Source: Lingula anatina (Eukaryota; Animalia; Brachiopoda). Taken from it: DNA of 64,000 nucleotides. Positions within the stretch are counted from its first letter, which is position 1, and every line of letters starts with the position of its first letter. The position numbers and the translations under genes were made by a program. Positions 36,722 through 50,800 of the stretch are shown piece after piece. Below the pieces are notes generated by a model. That model did no database searches, was not told the origin of the DNA, and was given only the letters and a program-made list of their open reading frames with translations. Location: contig CM120647.1 in the NCBI GenBank assembly GCA_051362555.1, positions 20,312,651-20,376,650 on the forward strand, written 5' to 3'.

Positions 36722-39700
36722 TTATTTAGTTGTTGGTGTAAGGGTTGCCGTGTGTCCATCCCGACAGTGACCCCTGGTCTGGTCACACCTAACACAATAA
36801 GAACAATTATAAATAAGTTCTAACACAGCTGTCACACCTAACACAACGAGAACACGATATTAATTAGTTCTAACACAGCTGTCACAACTAACACAACGAG
36901 AACAAGATATAAATTAGTTCTAACACAACTGTCATCCCTAACACAATGAGAACAAGATATTAATTAGTTCTAACACAGCTGTCATAACTAACACAGTTAT
37001 AACAATTTTATGACACTTTCTCACCTGACACATGGAGAACAGGCTAAATACAAGTTCAAAAATACTGTCACACCTAGCCAGTGATAGATAAGCGACAAAA
37101 CAACTGCCGCCACGGGAAGAAGTTATAGATTAGTTAGTACAAGGCATGAGCAAAATAATATCTTGGTTAGGACAGTAAGCTGACAAAAAGAGTTTCTGTA
37201 TGAAAAATACTAGCATTCCACATTTTACAACTACCGATACTTACTTAACAATAAGAAAACAGTTACAACGGTTGACGTATTTAACCAACAGTTCGTGAAA
37301 ATGTCCCATGTCGGTTGACGTCGTGACTTTGACTTTTTGCCCCTCATCTTTCAATGCTTTGACTTGGTCTGGTGTCAGTCGAACTCTGAAAAAAATTATC
37401 AATTTTGTATTTTATCAATTATATTTTCTATCCTACTGGAAAAAGAAAAGCAACAGCGTCAATTACTTTCCTGTAGTGCATTTTACTTACTATGGCATCG
37501 CAGAAACCTCAGTTTTACTAAAAAAGATAAGCGGGTAGGGCTGCGCGTTGGATCAACATGGATAGAATGGAACGTGACTGTGTATGCGTAACATTGGCTC
37601 TACGATTCCACGGTAGAATAATTAAATCAGTGAAAATAAAATCAATCCAATTTTTAGGTTATAGATTCCAAATAAAGTATCTAATTAATTAATAAACAAA
37701 TACGTGATGAATGATAAATGAATGATCGAATAAATGAGTGAATATTGTTTGAATAAGAATAATAAATATGAAAAACCCCGCTATGTGGAACTTGTATATT
37801 TAGCAACTGACCGACAGCATTTACCTCGTGAAAGTTCTCAGGTTCATACCACAAAGTCTGTCAGCTGCTAAATGTACATTGTAAGTTCCAGTATAGGAGT
37901 TATTCATATTAATTAAATGGACGAATGATAAAAGGTCATTAACATGTGGGAATGATATCCAGGCGGATCCTCCGTGGCGGCCGTCGTCTCCAGCACTATG
38001 TCCCGTTGAAAGGTAGAATTGTCGCCATCCAGGGCGGCTAGAGGCTTCTGGCGATACAAGTCGATGTATTTCCGCTGCTCCATGACCATGTCCTGAGGGT
38101 GGAAATGTTTTGAGTGATATTCGAGATAACTGTGTGTGCGCATGTGCACGTATAACTAAACTCTAAGAATGCATTCAGAACAGCGGAATAACATAGCCGC
38201 GGATCAAATATGGCGACCCACTAAAAAGGCTTGGCTCTTAATTCCCGATTAGACACTGAATAGATTCCCCGCGGGGATTACGGAACAAGAATTCAAGTGG
38301 GTCGGCCATATTTGATCTGTGCCAGTGGATCTGTTTTTCCACTATTCTGAATGGGCTACAACACGTGGGATGCAAGTGTTATTATTCAGTATTAATTAAA
38401 GAACCAAATTTTAAAAATGCATACAAAAGGTACATATATACAGCGTATTCACTTTTATCATTCTTCCGAAAAAATTAAATGTTTCAATAAGACAAAGATA
38501 GAAAGAGTACCCTTTGTCATACCTTCAGAGCTTCAATTTCCTTCATGATGGTGCTGCCCTCTACCGACACGGGCATTATGGGCCATCGTTGACGAATTTC
38601 ACCAACACCATCTATGTTAAGTTCAATTCGGAAACCAGATGCGTCTAGTGATCTCACTTCCCCTAGAACACGTAATATAGATAGATAGATAGATAGATAG
38701 ATAGGTAACAGTACCTAATGACATAATATCGATGGCGCGTTTTGACTGTACTTTTTTTTAATGAAAAAAAAAGCACCTTAATATTAACTCTACTGTGGTT
38801 ATAATAATACATGTAGGCCTACTTATACTACAGTACATTGTGTGCCCAGGACCTACAGACCAGATATCTCACGGCGTTTCAATCATCTCAATTAATAAAG
38901 TGTAACTGTAATTCTTATCATTACTGTACCTTGTCTGTCCAGGACTCCGACGCGAATGTTTCTCATGGTGTAACATTTAACCTTCAAATATTACAAGAAA
39001 AAAACACTGGTACGTAAAAAGAAGACTTTTACGCGTAACTTTAGCTTTTATCATCACTGTACCTTGTCTGTCCAAGACTCCAACGCCTCCATATCTCACG
39101 GTGTCTGCAGCGTCCTTGTCCCCGTTGGTAAAGAACATTTCCACCGGTGTATGGTAGTATAAGGCATCGTTGGTACCATCAAATGCCAAGTTGGCTTCCT
39201 TCTTTCCATTACGGACAGATCCTTTTGAAGGGGGAGGAGGGAAAATGAAATTAATATAGTTAATTGGTGGTACAGATGTAGCTACATGTATTAAAATGTA
39301 CTATTGCAAACTTTGGGGGGCATAAATATCTCTTTTGATAAAAATAATGTGCATATATGTTCTTTAAAAGCGTAGTCTATATACACAAAGAAAAAGCGGA
39401 ACTTGCGGTCTTCACGGCGCAACGGTCATTTGAAATGGAGTCATATCTGAAGTTTCAGCCTTTCAGTATACTTGATATGAATTGGTTCACAGCTTTTAAT
39501 ACAAGGTCTGCCCAAAATCCACCAGACACCTCTCTAAATCCACGGTTCTTACCGTTTGGCCCCTCTCTCACAGTCTTCCCAAGGTCGGACTTGGCGTCTC
39601 CTTTGAAGTGCAGGTTGTAAGGGTTCCAGGAACTCAGAGGCGTTGAATACACGATCTCCAGGGGGATAGCATAGGTCCACTTCTGTTCTACTCTCTCGCA

Positions 39701-42470
39701 TACTGCAACAGAAATCAGATTTTTGTGGCCAGAGCTCGGGGGGGGGGGGTCTTGTAAGTTTGATAATAACACTACATGGTATCTGAGACTTGTGGTGACG
39801 GTATTGGTGGTGTGTAAAAAAACCTGCCATTGTATATGACGAATGTCTTACACCTACAGGTGTGTGTATTTGCCGGGTGTTCGAAAAATATAAACGCAAA
39901 TTTACTCTCTCATGCAATAATTATATAGATAGTGGTATCGTTTGCTAGTTAAAGCAAATAAAAGCATAAAAGCAAAAGAATCTTAATCTGAATAACAACT
40001 TCAAAGTTGCACAAATCGCCGTAGTTATTAACAATCCTTCTCATAATGTACGAAAAATATAATTCACAGCTAACCTTGCTTCTTGGATCGCTTTTTAGGG
40101 CATTCTTCAATCCCTAGGCCGGCCACCTTCTCCTGTGACGTCATAGCCATGAAAATGTTTTGATCCGAGAAACCTCGATGTAACTTCTTGAGGCCGTTTG
40201 CGCCCTGCGAGAAGAAAATGTTTGTTAGTATTTTTTATTATTTATTTTGGTTTAAACCCCTATAATTCTACCAGAGAGACACATTTTAAATGCTTTTAAT
40301 GGTGAACGCATACATCTTGATCGACCTTGATGTCATGTCGCAACCAAACTTGGTCTCGCCTAACGTTCCAACCCTTTCTAAGGAAAGTTCAAAACCCAAA
40401 GAGCAAGACGTACACTTCAAGAGTAGCTTATGCATTTTAGTAGAGAAGAATAAAAACAAGATCGTAAATAAATATCGTCAATCCCAAATATAACGTAACA
40501 AACCTTTTTCGCCACTTTAAACCAGCGATGATAGTAACCGGCATTCAAGACGTCGTTGTCTCTTTCGCCCTGGTCTAAAATTAAGGCCGTGTCACCAAAG
40601 ATGTTGTCCGTCAAGTTTGCGACGTAATTGTCTTTTCCGGGCACCTGTTCCATCAGGTCATCTAGAAAGCTGTGAGCATACACGTGCTCTTCGCCCCAGT
40701 TTTCTTTGTTTTCTGGGTTAAGCTGGAATCTGAAGATATTAAGGAAATGTCATCTGAAAAAAGATGTACGAATATAAAAATTGAGCCTATCCTTAACTTT
40801 GATTCTCCAAAACGAGAAAGTCGCAGCACTGCCATCACTTCACAGCAAGAATTTCTTATCACTCAAATCGGATATCCAAACAAATTTTCAAATGATGGGA
40901 AAATCATTATAACAATCACAAAGCTAGAAAAATAAGTTTGACATTAAAAAAATATTGCTCTAAAAATTCAATGTTAAATCGAGTTATTGAAAAATGTATC
41001 CAAGCCTACCTTGCCCTTCGTGACTCGGTTAGTTCAGCCATGTTGGATTTGTAGGCCATTCTGGAATGAAGGTCGTCCACGGTCCGGAAGTGGCTGAACG
41101 GTATGTCCTGCTTCAGAGGATGACATAATATCCGGTAGTTCCACTGCGCAAGCTCAGGAATCGTGCCGTTGATGAGACCGGAAATGATGACGGGAAGATA
41201 GGCAAAGTTCTCAAGGTTGTCCTTGCGACCAGAAAACGCGCTGAAGCGAGCCTTCTCGTGCAGGTCAAACCAGTCCGTGGCGTCCAAAAAGTGGCGGTCA
41301 CTGTCGAAGGATTCTTCCAGAGATGCTAAAGGAGCATGTTTCAGAAAATGAAAACACTTTCAGATGTTTATGGAACCAGTTAAAATTGATCTAATTGAAT
41401 AAATGCTACATGTAACCTAGTGAACTAATTTCGCCACTGATTGGATATAGTATGCAATAACCTATGGAAATATTTTCCAGAGAATTTTTTAAATGCTTAA
41501 GGATTTAATTCATATTCAAATACTTAACGATGCCTTATGGAAATTCATGAAATGACAGAATCAAAAACTTTTTTTTATAAAATAATATTATCTTTGTTAC
41601 CTGAACTTTTCATCCAGGCTCCTTCTAAGTAACAAAGGTTGGGTTTGAAGTATTTAGTGTAATCTCTGTGAGATTCGTCTTGATTTTTCCAGGCTTTGAA
41701 CCACTCCTTCATCTCCGCTATCTGTTCCTGCACCGTGGCTTTATCCGTTACCTGAATTAAAACAGATTGATATATACACAAAGATATATACACAAAGAAT
41801 GAAAAAAAATGACACACAAAAGAATAAATGAAGTGACAGAGAAATAAAGGTAAAATAATACATTGATAGGACTAAGGCTTCTGTACTGCGTCCATTATAA
41901 TTTTGCACATTTGAACTGACATTAAAATTCTTGGTAGATAATATTAATAAATTAATAAATATTATCAGAAAACGATGCCAACAGTACCTCTGATGGCACA
42001 TCAGGGAAAGGGATATCCTCCGTGCAGTGAAAATCTTTGCTTCTCCGGCATGGCATGACGAACTTGTAATCGTTATGTCTGGTCCGGAACTCCACCCCGT
42101 TCAAGACGGCGACGAACTCTCCCATCCCTATGGTGCGGTCGTAGTTAGCATGGTTATGAATACTGACGGCGCTGTTACCGGTGTACGTCGTGGAGTGGTA
42201 CGGCCGCGTGCCTGGAGAGACAAACTTTTAAGCTTGAAAAGTTTGGACCTAACGGAGCCTGCGTCGGAAATTGCCCCTTTGTTAAAAGGCAGAAGAAGAA
42301 AAAAGAGAAGAGAAATAAAAGAGAAATAAGAAGAATGAATTTACAACTTACAGACCTGCTTGGCTGCGCTGCAGATGATTTTTTTTGTAATAATTAAACA
42401 TGGATTGGCACTTATGAGTAATAATTCTACTCCTGGTAGTGACGAGAGAGAGAGAGAGGGAGAGGGAGGG

Positions 42471-42532
<62 letters not shown>

Positions 42533-43834
42533 GAGAGAGAGAGAGAAAGAGAGATAGATATAGAGAGACGGTCACGACAGCATGGTGACCATACCAAAAT
42601 TTGTGAAAAAAGGAGAAAAAATTAATGCCATACTCGAGACGCAAAAAGATCTCAGTCACTGTAATTCAATTTTATGTTATGGATAATGTTTTTGGTTTAA
42701 CATTATTGATATAAAGAAGAATCGCTTTTTGCTAGGAGTCCTAATATACGATGCCGAATTGGTGACCGAAAGGTTACGCAATTACCGCTACTCACAATGT
42801 ATACGGGCCTACAGAAATATAAATGTACGCCATGTCGTTAAACTTTTGACACTGAAATACAGATGAATCACATCATTAAACGTTTGGTATTGAACCGAAC
42901 AATACATTTAACCAATTATCAAGCCAAAATTAAACCGCCCGTTTACTGGTCTCTTAGAGAAATCAACGGGGAATGGTTTTTGATATTGTAAATTTGACAT
43001 TGGTTTGTCTTTACTAACAATTAAGTTTTGCGCAGCCCCTACATTGTACAAATGATTCTCTTGCTGATACGGGTTTTATGGAAACAGAAAGTGGTTAATT
43101 AAACCTTAATTCGCCACATAATATGTTCAATGATTCTATTAAAGCTGACTTCAGTCGTTTATAAGGGCACCCAGCATCGATAACGTTTTGCGTAAATTTC
43201 TCTACTGGCTCTGATTTAAACTCTCCTGTATTTTGCCTTTTCACATCATAACTCACCGAAATAACAAACAAACCACCGATCAGACCAATTAACTTGCGAA
43301 AAAAATTTTCTCTAGTGAACAAGTTTATTTACAGGGGAGAGTCACGTCACATTCCAGGGGCGGATCCAGGATTATTTGAAGTGGGGATCCGTGCATGCGA
43401 AGCCGATCTACTCCCCCCCTCCTCTTGCCGAGGGGTTCTAAAATTTTGGTATTTTAGAGGGCGAACGGTGCCATTTGGTACGGTTTAGAACTATGATTCA
43501 GCTAGTCAAAAGTCTATTTTCAAGACAGAAATCGAAGGTGGGGGGGGGGGGGGGGAGGGTCAGGGTCCCCCTGACCCCCACCCCCTCTAAATCCGCCATT
43601 GTTGGGGTAAGTGTATAAAAACTCACCGTCCGTCTGAAGTCTGATCTGTTTTATCCCCGAACTCCCCTCAGACCGTATTCTTTCCTCAACAAACAGCTGC
43701 TGCATGATAAGTTGCCTTCCCAAGGCTGCCACTGTGCCTTGGAGTTGCCGTATCGTCTCTGAATCTTTGTCGGCCACGGCGACACCCAGGATGTTCCAAG
43801 AAGCCAGGAGAATTAAATATAAAGCCGAATGCAT
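36722..43834 (-). CDS. Uncharacterised secreted protein, gene A (12 coding exons, 686 aa)
   Basis: Exons 43834-43627, 42211-41988, 41751-41601, 41325-41010, 40729-40504, 40204-40075, 39702-39553, 39221-39063, 38662-38523, 38092-37944, 37385-37245, 36788-36722 (2061 nt, in frame). Signal peptide MHSALYLILLASWNILGVAVA. Motifs IHNHANYDRTIGMGEFVAVLNGVEFRTRHNDY, CYLEGAW, QWNYRILCHP, WTYAIPLEI, PPGYHSH, GHFHEL. Exon-for-exon homology with gene B. Confidence 0.9.
38160..38360. mobile_element. Small hairpin MITE in a gene A intron; related copy at ~51625-51735 in the opposite orientation
   Basis: Inverted arms cattcagaa...ttctgaatg and gatcaaatatggcgacccact...agtgggtcggccatatttgatc. The block tatggcgacccactaaaaa..ctgaatagattccc recurs as the reverse complement in a gene B intron. 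Confidence 0.6.
42445..42568. repeat. GA-rich compound microsatellite
   Basis: (GA)n interrupted by periodic GGGAGAGGGAGGG blocks. Confidence 0.85.
43355..43601. mobile_element. CAG(G/T)GGCGGAT-terminus MITE with G-runs
   Basis: Ends CAGGGGCGGATCC...AAATCCGCCATTG form an imperfect TIR; same family as 54852-55071. Confidence 0.6.
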
Positions 43835-46810
43835 CTTTTTAAATATCTGAAATGTAAACAGAATCGAAATTTCAGCTTGTTAATAACTGTGTGCACACGT
43901 AATCCACAAGGTACAGTGTTTAAATCATCGCCGGTTCAATGCAATTTACCACTTCGTAGCAGATTTGGTATCTGATTCATCGGCAAGTTGATACATGTAC
44001 CAGTAGTCCTATCAGATTAATGCAAATTTTACCTGCGGTTTCTTAGGACATTTTGCCATTTAGTGCAGATTACATCTCTGAACAAGTTAAATTTTGATGC
44101 GGGCTTATAGTTTTTCGAGGACCGCAAGTGTAAATGACCAAGGTTGGGTACCAGAATGAAATAATGAAGATATTGGTGAATAAATAACATTTATAACCAA
44201 TATCCCGACGCATATTTAAGTAACTGAAGGACTAAAGAATTGACGAACAGATTGATAAAAACTCGAAATAACCAATGTTCTGCTGCATTTTATAAATCTA
44301 AACAACGGCTTGTTTCAACGTCGCGCGAATCAAATCTGCATTTGGAAATTAACGTGTTTAACTTCTCCCATTTCTCAAAATGATGCTCCTGAAATCGTTA
44401 TCCGGGAGTCCCCGCGGATTTGGATAATATATAATTTCATTGAAAATGAGCCCATTTTTCCCCCCACATAGAAATAGGTGCATGAGACGCCCCAAACATA
44501 CGTTAAAAATTCGTAAATCATATACCCTGTAGCAAAGACTTATAGGAATGTAAGTTACAGTGTCGTAATAAAAAATGATGATTCTAAAAGGAAGGAGAAT
44601 CGTGACAGTAAAAAGACCTCAGGCTGCGTTAGACAAAACCCAATATTTCCCTCTACAAAGGCCACAGGGAATTCCTTTTTCTCCTTCATATTCACATATT
44701 TTCTCTGATTTTTTTCCTGCACTTTTCTGTGCTGTGTCCAGTGAAAGTGTTCGGAAAAGAAAAACAAACAAACAAACAAACAAACAAACAAAAACAAAAA
44801 ACAGACCTACGCCTTGTACCCTGTATGCCTTTGTTTTCCGACTTACATCTTGTATGTAGGTATAAATAAGGCAGTAATCTGAGTATAAAAGAAAATTGTG
44901 TCTTTAGTTATAAAGACTTCCCTTTTTATTTACACTGACCAAAAAGATGGGAATTATCTTCCATGAACACAATGTTTGGTATTTTTCAGAACAATGCCAA
45001 TTTGGTATTTATATCAAAAGGATGGAACTGTTTTTACATGAAAACATTCGTCAACTTGGTAAAGTTGAAAGGATGTTTGAGTGCTTGAGATAGCCTAACT
45101 GTTTTCGAACACATTGCTAGCTTGTTGAACAGTGCTCATTGCATTGACCCTCCCCACTAAAAATATGGACACAAACGCCTTTGCCATGCAAAAACTGTCT
45201 CGTCCCATCACCGGTAGACCTACCACCATGTTCGCTGACTCAGTCTCCGTCTTCTTTCTTAGCCTCTTTCTCTCTTTTTCTCTCTTCCGTTCAGTTTCAG
45301 ACGCTAATATCCCACAAATCACGCCCGTGTGAGTAATTATACATACCCGTATACGTGATTACCTGTTCACTTTCTCCTCGTAATTCGCAGCTGATGGTAG
45401 GCACACAGTTATGTTGAGCACGCCTTGACTCTTTTCATGGGCCTTCCTCGGTAAAAATCGACCAACGTAACTTTTGATGAAAAGCAACGGTGCCTGAACA
45501 ACCCTAGCGAAAAACCATGTCTGTCGCACTGGCAAACTGATCGTGTATTTCTAACCAAAAATTCGTTCAGTTATCATATAGTCAGCGAAGACACGTGTAT
45601 AATAGGCCTAACGGCAATTGTACATGGTGCCTCTGTCATACAAATTTTAGAGATTTTCAGAAACTTTCTGAGCGTTCCCGACCATGAAGACATCCCCGAT
45701 CCCCTCACAAACTGGTGAACATGATATGCAGTAAGTTTGCCATACTTTGTCCTTTTGTACAATTATCTTATCTGTGTAACACTTATTATTTTGGAACCCG
45801 TCGCCTCGCAATTTTACTGTCAATCAATTGGTTTACCTGCGTTCTATTTGTAAGAACTTTGGACTTTCTTGTTCTTAAATCATGTTTATGAAACCAGTAA
45901 AAGAAAAACATTATGCCACATCGCGCATACCCCCAGAAGAAACCAGTTAGATGTTGATATTGTTTCATGGTTTTCATGAATTGATAAAGTAACGTTTAAA
46001 ATTATGGGGGTTGTCGACTGAACATTCATTGCACCATAGCGTCTGTATCTAGAATAGTAAACACATAATATTTAAGTTACAGCATGGGATTCCTTCGTTA
46101 TTCACTCTTTACTGTGCACAGCATTTAAGGCACTGGACTTGTAAATCCTTAGGCAAGTAAACAAAATGTTAAAATGTAATAAAGGGTCTTTTTCTGCGGA
46201 TCGTGATCCGGTGTAATGAAACTGAGGGTCGGTGTAACAGAAAGTCTGTCTTCCATTTTATTGTGGTTTTATTGTGCGAACAGAACGTTTCCTTACAATC
46301 AGTTGTGTTAGCATTAAATATGATTGAAAATAATATAAATGCAAAAGTAAAGGTGCAAAGAGTTAGAATGAAATCCATAAAGACATTCAGTGTGTGGAGA
46401 ATATTACATTATTTGCAAATTTTAGTAGAATTTTTATAACTGGATTCCTCCTTTTTCCAGGGTAGTGATGAAAATGACAAAGGTTGATTGTGTCAGCCGC
46501 GTGACGAATGACTAACAAAAATCACCTGTCATTCAAATGAATGTTTTATTCAAGAAAATATTGTTTTGCCAATACAGTTCCCCTTGATTTAATTTGCTGT
46601 ATCACATTTAGTGATGCAGCTCCAGGTATCTTTCAGTTCACAAAATGATGAAAATTCAAAATCAAATTTCAAAAAGACAGTTCTGAATATATAAACTTTA
46701 TATATCGGATGTACTCGTAGAGGGACCTCATCCCCACTTCAGCTTCCATCAAAAACACCTTGCACATCTGTAGTTGTCGCTGCCAGCAGTCGCGTGTCAC
46801 GAGCGTCACG

Positions 46811-47790
46811 TCATACTTCTTGGAACAGCTCCATCATGTGACCATCCCAGCATTCAGGTTGCTGGTCACACCTGGAACGAAGTTTCTTTTTATAAACTCA
46901 TATAACAATGGTTACATATTCATTGAGGACTAATTAATCTTACAGCGTTATTTTTTGGCCGTATAGTATAAAACAAATAAATACATTATTACGTAGGTCC
47001 TACTCAGCACACATATTTCCAGTTGGCTTTCTCAGCTTCTACTTTTTTCATTCATGTAATTCATATTACCACAGAAAGCGGGGTTTTAATGTGTGTGTGT
47101 GTGTAGGGGGGGGGGGGGTAGAGGGGGGTGGAGGGGGACAACATATCCTATCGCTTTTTTTCTGAATGGTTAACCCCACACACACACTCTAGATCTCACA
47201 CATACGTAGACCACCGCCACCACCACCAAATTCCAGAAAAATTCTTGAATTTTGCTTCCTACTCGCCTCATAAAAAAACTGACACTGTATATCTACCTCA
47301 TTATCTCGTAGCAGCCGCAGTATTTATCATAGCGCAGTCTCAGGGAGTGGGAGTGGCCCAGAGCCTCACTTGTTGTCACAGTAAACATCTCCCCAGCCTC
47401 GAACCTCGTCTGTTCCTCTGGGCTCAGCACAACTCTGAATAGACGGAAGGGTGGGGTTTGTGAGTGGAATTGGAAATGGACAAATAAGTACTATGAAATT
47501 AGATAAACTATTTAATATAAAAGATGGATTGGTTAGAAAGAAATAAAAGAGTAAAGAAAGGAAATATTAGCTTTATCAACATTATTTGATCAACTGCAAC
47601 AATCAACGATTCAAAACGTTTAGAAAGAAATAAATTTTCAGAACTATCTGCAACAAATAGTCACGTGGAGTTGACATGAAATTGCAGCTAAAATACATAA
47701 CTAAGCTTTAGGGTGGAAAAGCATTAATTCCTGGTTCATTACAATCAATAAGTTTGTTGATTTGCTTTCCATTTAGATCCAAGGCATCGG

Positions 47791-47847
<57 letters not shown>

Positions 47848-50800
47848 TACTCGTGGAAATGTTCCCCTGGAGGATTCTGGGTAGTTGTAGAAGTCGTCAG
47901 CAACAGGTCTGTTCCTTCCACTGGCACGGTAGTCGTGCCGCCCCCTTGCGGCGGATCTCGGTACATTTTGATGTAACGGCTTTGCTCCATCAGCAGGTCC
48001 TGGAATGTAGGTCAATATTGTTCACGTGATGCAGCTTTCAACCCTGACATATTAGTAAATATCGCTACTTTTATCGACACATAAGTATATGTTGATGACG
48101 TCATAACTCGCACACTGCGATGCAAGATTTGTAGACGTTTTAAAGAATTGCTGATTTTAAACAATTTTATGTAATGTATTTCTAGTGTTTTGTAGAAAAA
48201 AAAGACATTAAGAAAATGCATAACCAATTTTTTTCTTTTATTTAAATAAATTGTTTTGAGAATACGACAGAAGAATTTGCAAGAACATTTTAAAGAAAAG
48301 AGAAAGGTTTAGTTAACCACCTAATACAGCCCGCTGTAGAAATGACCTCGGTTCGCAAAATGTTAGAAGAAGAACAAAACTAAAGCGTACACATAAAGAC
48401 ATGCTTGGTATTGTCACAGGTAAACATGAATTCTTACCTTCATTGCCTCCATTTCCTTTTGTATATTACTTCCGTCGGTTGTCAAAGGATAGATGGGGTA
48501 CCGTTGGCGTATCAGTCCCACATCGGGAATATTAATAAATACACGAATACCAGAGGAACTGGTGATTTTTACCTCACCTAAAATGGCAAAAAGAACATTT
48601 TTGTGTAATATGAAGAAACAATTTGAAATTTCTTAATGGAATTACACATCACTACAATTGATGACGTTGCATCTCCCTATTGGATAAAAATACATTGCAC
48701 GGTCTGCTAATAATGCAGATGGAGAACGGCGCAACGTCATCAACTTAGTACCTGGTATAATACATATATACAGTATATATATGTAAGTTTAGTAAACATA
48801 GTTTTAATGCAATTTATTCATGTGAATAGCGACTGAGCGATAAAACTGGACAGTATGATTTAGGTAACACTTGAAATATGTACAAGGCGTGTTGTTGCTG
48901 GTACACATTAATGAGCATCAATACTATGAATATCAATGCCGCTAAGAAATAATTAATTAATGAAATAATAACCGCATTAATGGTGCTGCGGGTCTGACAA
49001 TTTCTACAGGTTGCAGGTTGCTTCAAGCAATGGCGATGACTGATAAATTAAGTAAAAGAGGGTAGAACAGAAACTTACGCCATCTACTGTACGTATTTTT
49101 TCAAAGCTCTGCATTAATATGCTAATATGTATATAACAATGACAAGGACCTTTTTTCAGTCACAAAAACGGAGAATTAAAAACAAAAAAGATTTCTCGTA
49201 CCGTTTTGGTCGAGGACTCCCACCCCTTTCCTAGTGGTGTCCGCTGCTCCGGCTTCCTGGGAGGCGAAGAACTCATTCGGCGTCAGATAGTACGTGTATT
49301 CGTTGACGCCATTGTATGCCTTCTCCACTGTCTGAGCGCCCGTCCTAAGCGTTCCTGCTCAGAGAGTTTAGCCACACATTACATTTTATAAAGTCGCTTA
49401 CTTGTATGATGTCCTTTGTGCCCTGCTGTATACTGCCATATAAGTGCATTAAGTAATATAATATAATATAATATAATATAATATAATATAATATAATATA
49501 ATATAAATTTCAGGCTTACCATGTTCAGTTATCAATTGAAACTGTATCTTAATAGAGTTTACATTCTGATAAATGGCATTGTGACGAAGGAACAACAGCG
49601 ATTGACTTAAAATGCTCATCATAATCTCATACAACTGTATGTATTATAAGCTCCAAACAGGAAATGCATTTTGTCAAACGTTTACATTATGTAATAAAAC
49701 TTCCAAACCGATCTTAATTTCGCAGTATGAGACCCTTTCTTCCATAACATATGTGATGTTTCATATTTTGCTATTGATAATCGGCATTTTGAAGCTAGAT
49801 TTAAATACGATTTAAATACGAAACAACGCATTAGGGCATGATCAAGCTACGTATATATATAATGCTAAAAGACTGAGTTGTCAAAGAAAGCTCAGGAAGT
49901 TGAGTGCCATCGATAGCGACTAGTCAGTCACGTGATCAAGACAAGCTTAATCTTGGGTAAAGCATGCCTCACAGACAAGAAGCACATTTAGTTTCCTCTG
50001 GAATGATTTACTTTTTTGCCATCATTTACAAAGAGGCAATGAGAAACCTGCACCACCAATAATGCAATTATTTTATAACACTATTGCCACCCACCGTCTT
50101 CCGCCCTGACCACCATTTTATCCGGGTCTTTTCCCCAGTTTTTAAGGTTATAGGGGTTCCACAAGCTCAGCGGTGTCAAATAAATGATTTCCAAAGGTAT
50201 GGCATACGACCATTTTTGATCAGCCCATTTACAATCTGAAAAAAAGAAGAAAACCGGAAGGATCGAGTCAGTACGTTTACCGTTGAATATGATAAAAATA
50301 TTAGCTATGATCTCCAAAGTTATGCCACAGGCCCATATCCATCACCCACCACGCAGGAAATATATCGTGAACTGAAGTAGAGCAAGTTTTTGGTCTGTTC
50401 ATTGAGACAATTTTTAGGGAAAAGATTGTAAAACAGGTGCCAAGTCATGCGCCCAATCTGCCATTGCCGCAGGTGCGAAACGGGTTAATTAATTTTAATT
50501 AATTAGGTGAATTTTAATCTTTTAAGATTAAAATTCACCTAAACCATTTACACCGGCCATTGCTGCAATACTTCTCACGTGAACCACCTACCTCTGCCGT
50601 TCTGGTTACACTTCTTAAACGTCATACCGACGACCTCGTCTTTATCTGTCATGGCCATGAATACATTGGCATCTGAATAGCTGCGATGACGAGTTTTCCG
50701 GCCGCTGGCACCCTGGCAGAATATTATTGAAGAATTGTTCCAGAAACAATAATAAACGTAAATTACATTCTGGAATGTACTTGGTAAATTTCAATGACGA

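Larger units (their letters stand above)
6500..37000. repeat. Four-copy tandem segmental duplication (units ~6500-12125, ~12126-26270, ~26271-31325, ~31326-37000; core ~5 kb)
   Basis: The same ordered blocks recur four times: PDIA6 3'UTR-like sequence (gatttcattccaaacaaga at ~6580, ~12165, ~26330, ~31385), thyropin gene, upstream region, terminal exon of gene A, 50-bp minisatellite. Length differences are largely explained by TE insertions. Confidence 0.95.

Noticed and set aside
45095-45450. GC-richer stretch with a basic ORF, possibly a transposase remnant
   Set aside because: No catalytic motif, TIR or splice structure could be established.
47754-48029. Poly-Tyr and poly-Asn ORFs
   Set aside because: Produced by the (ATT)n microsatellite next to gene B exon 11.
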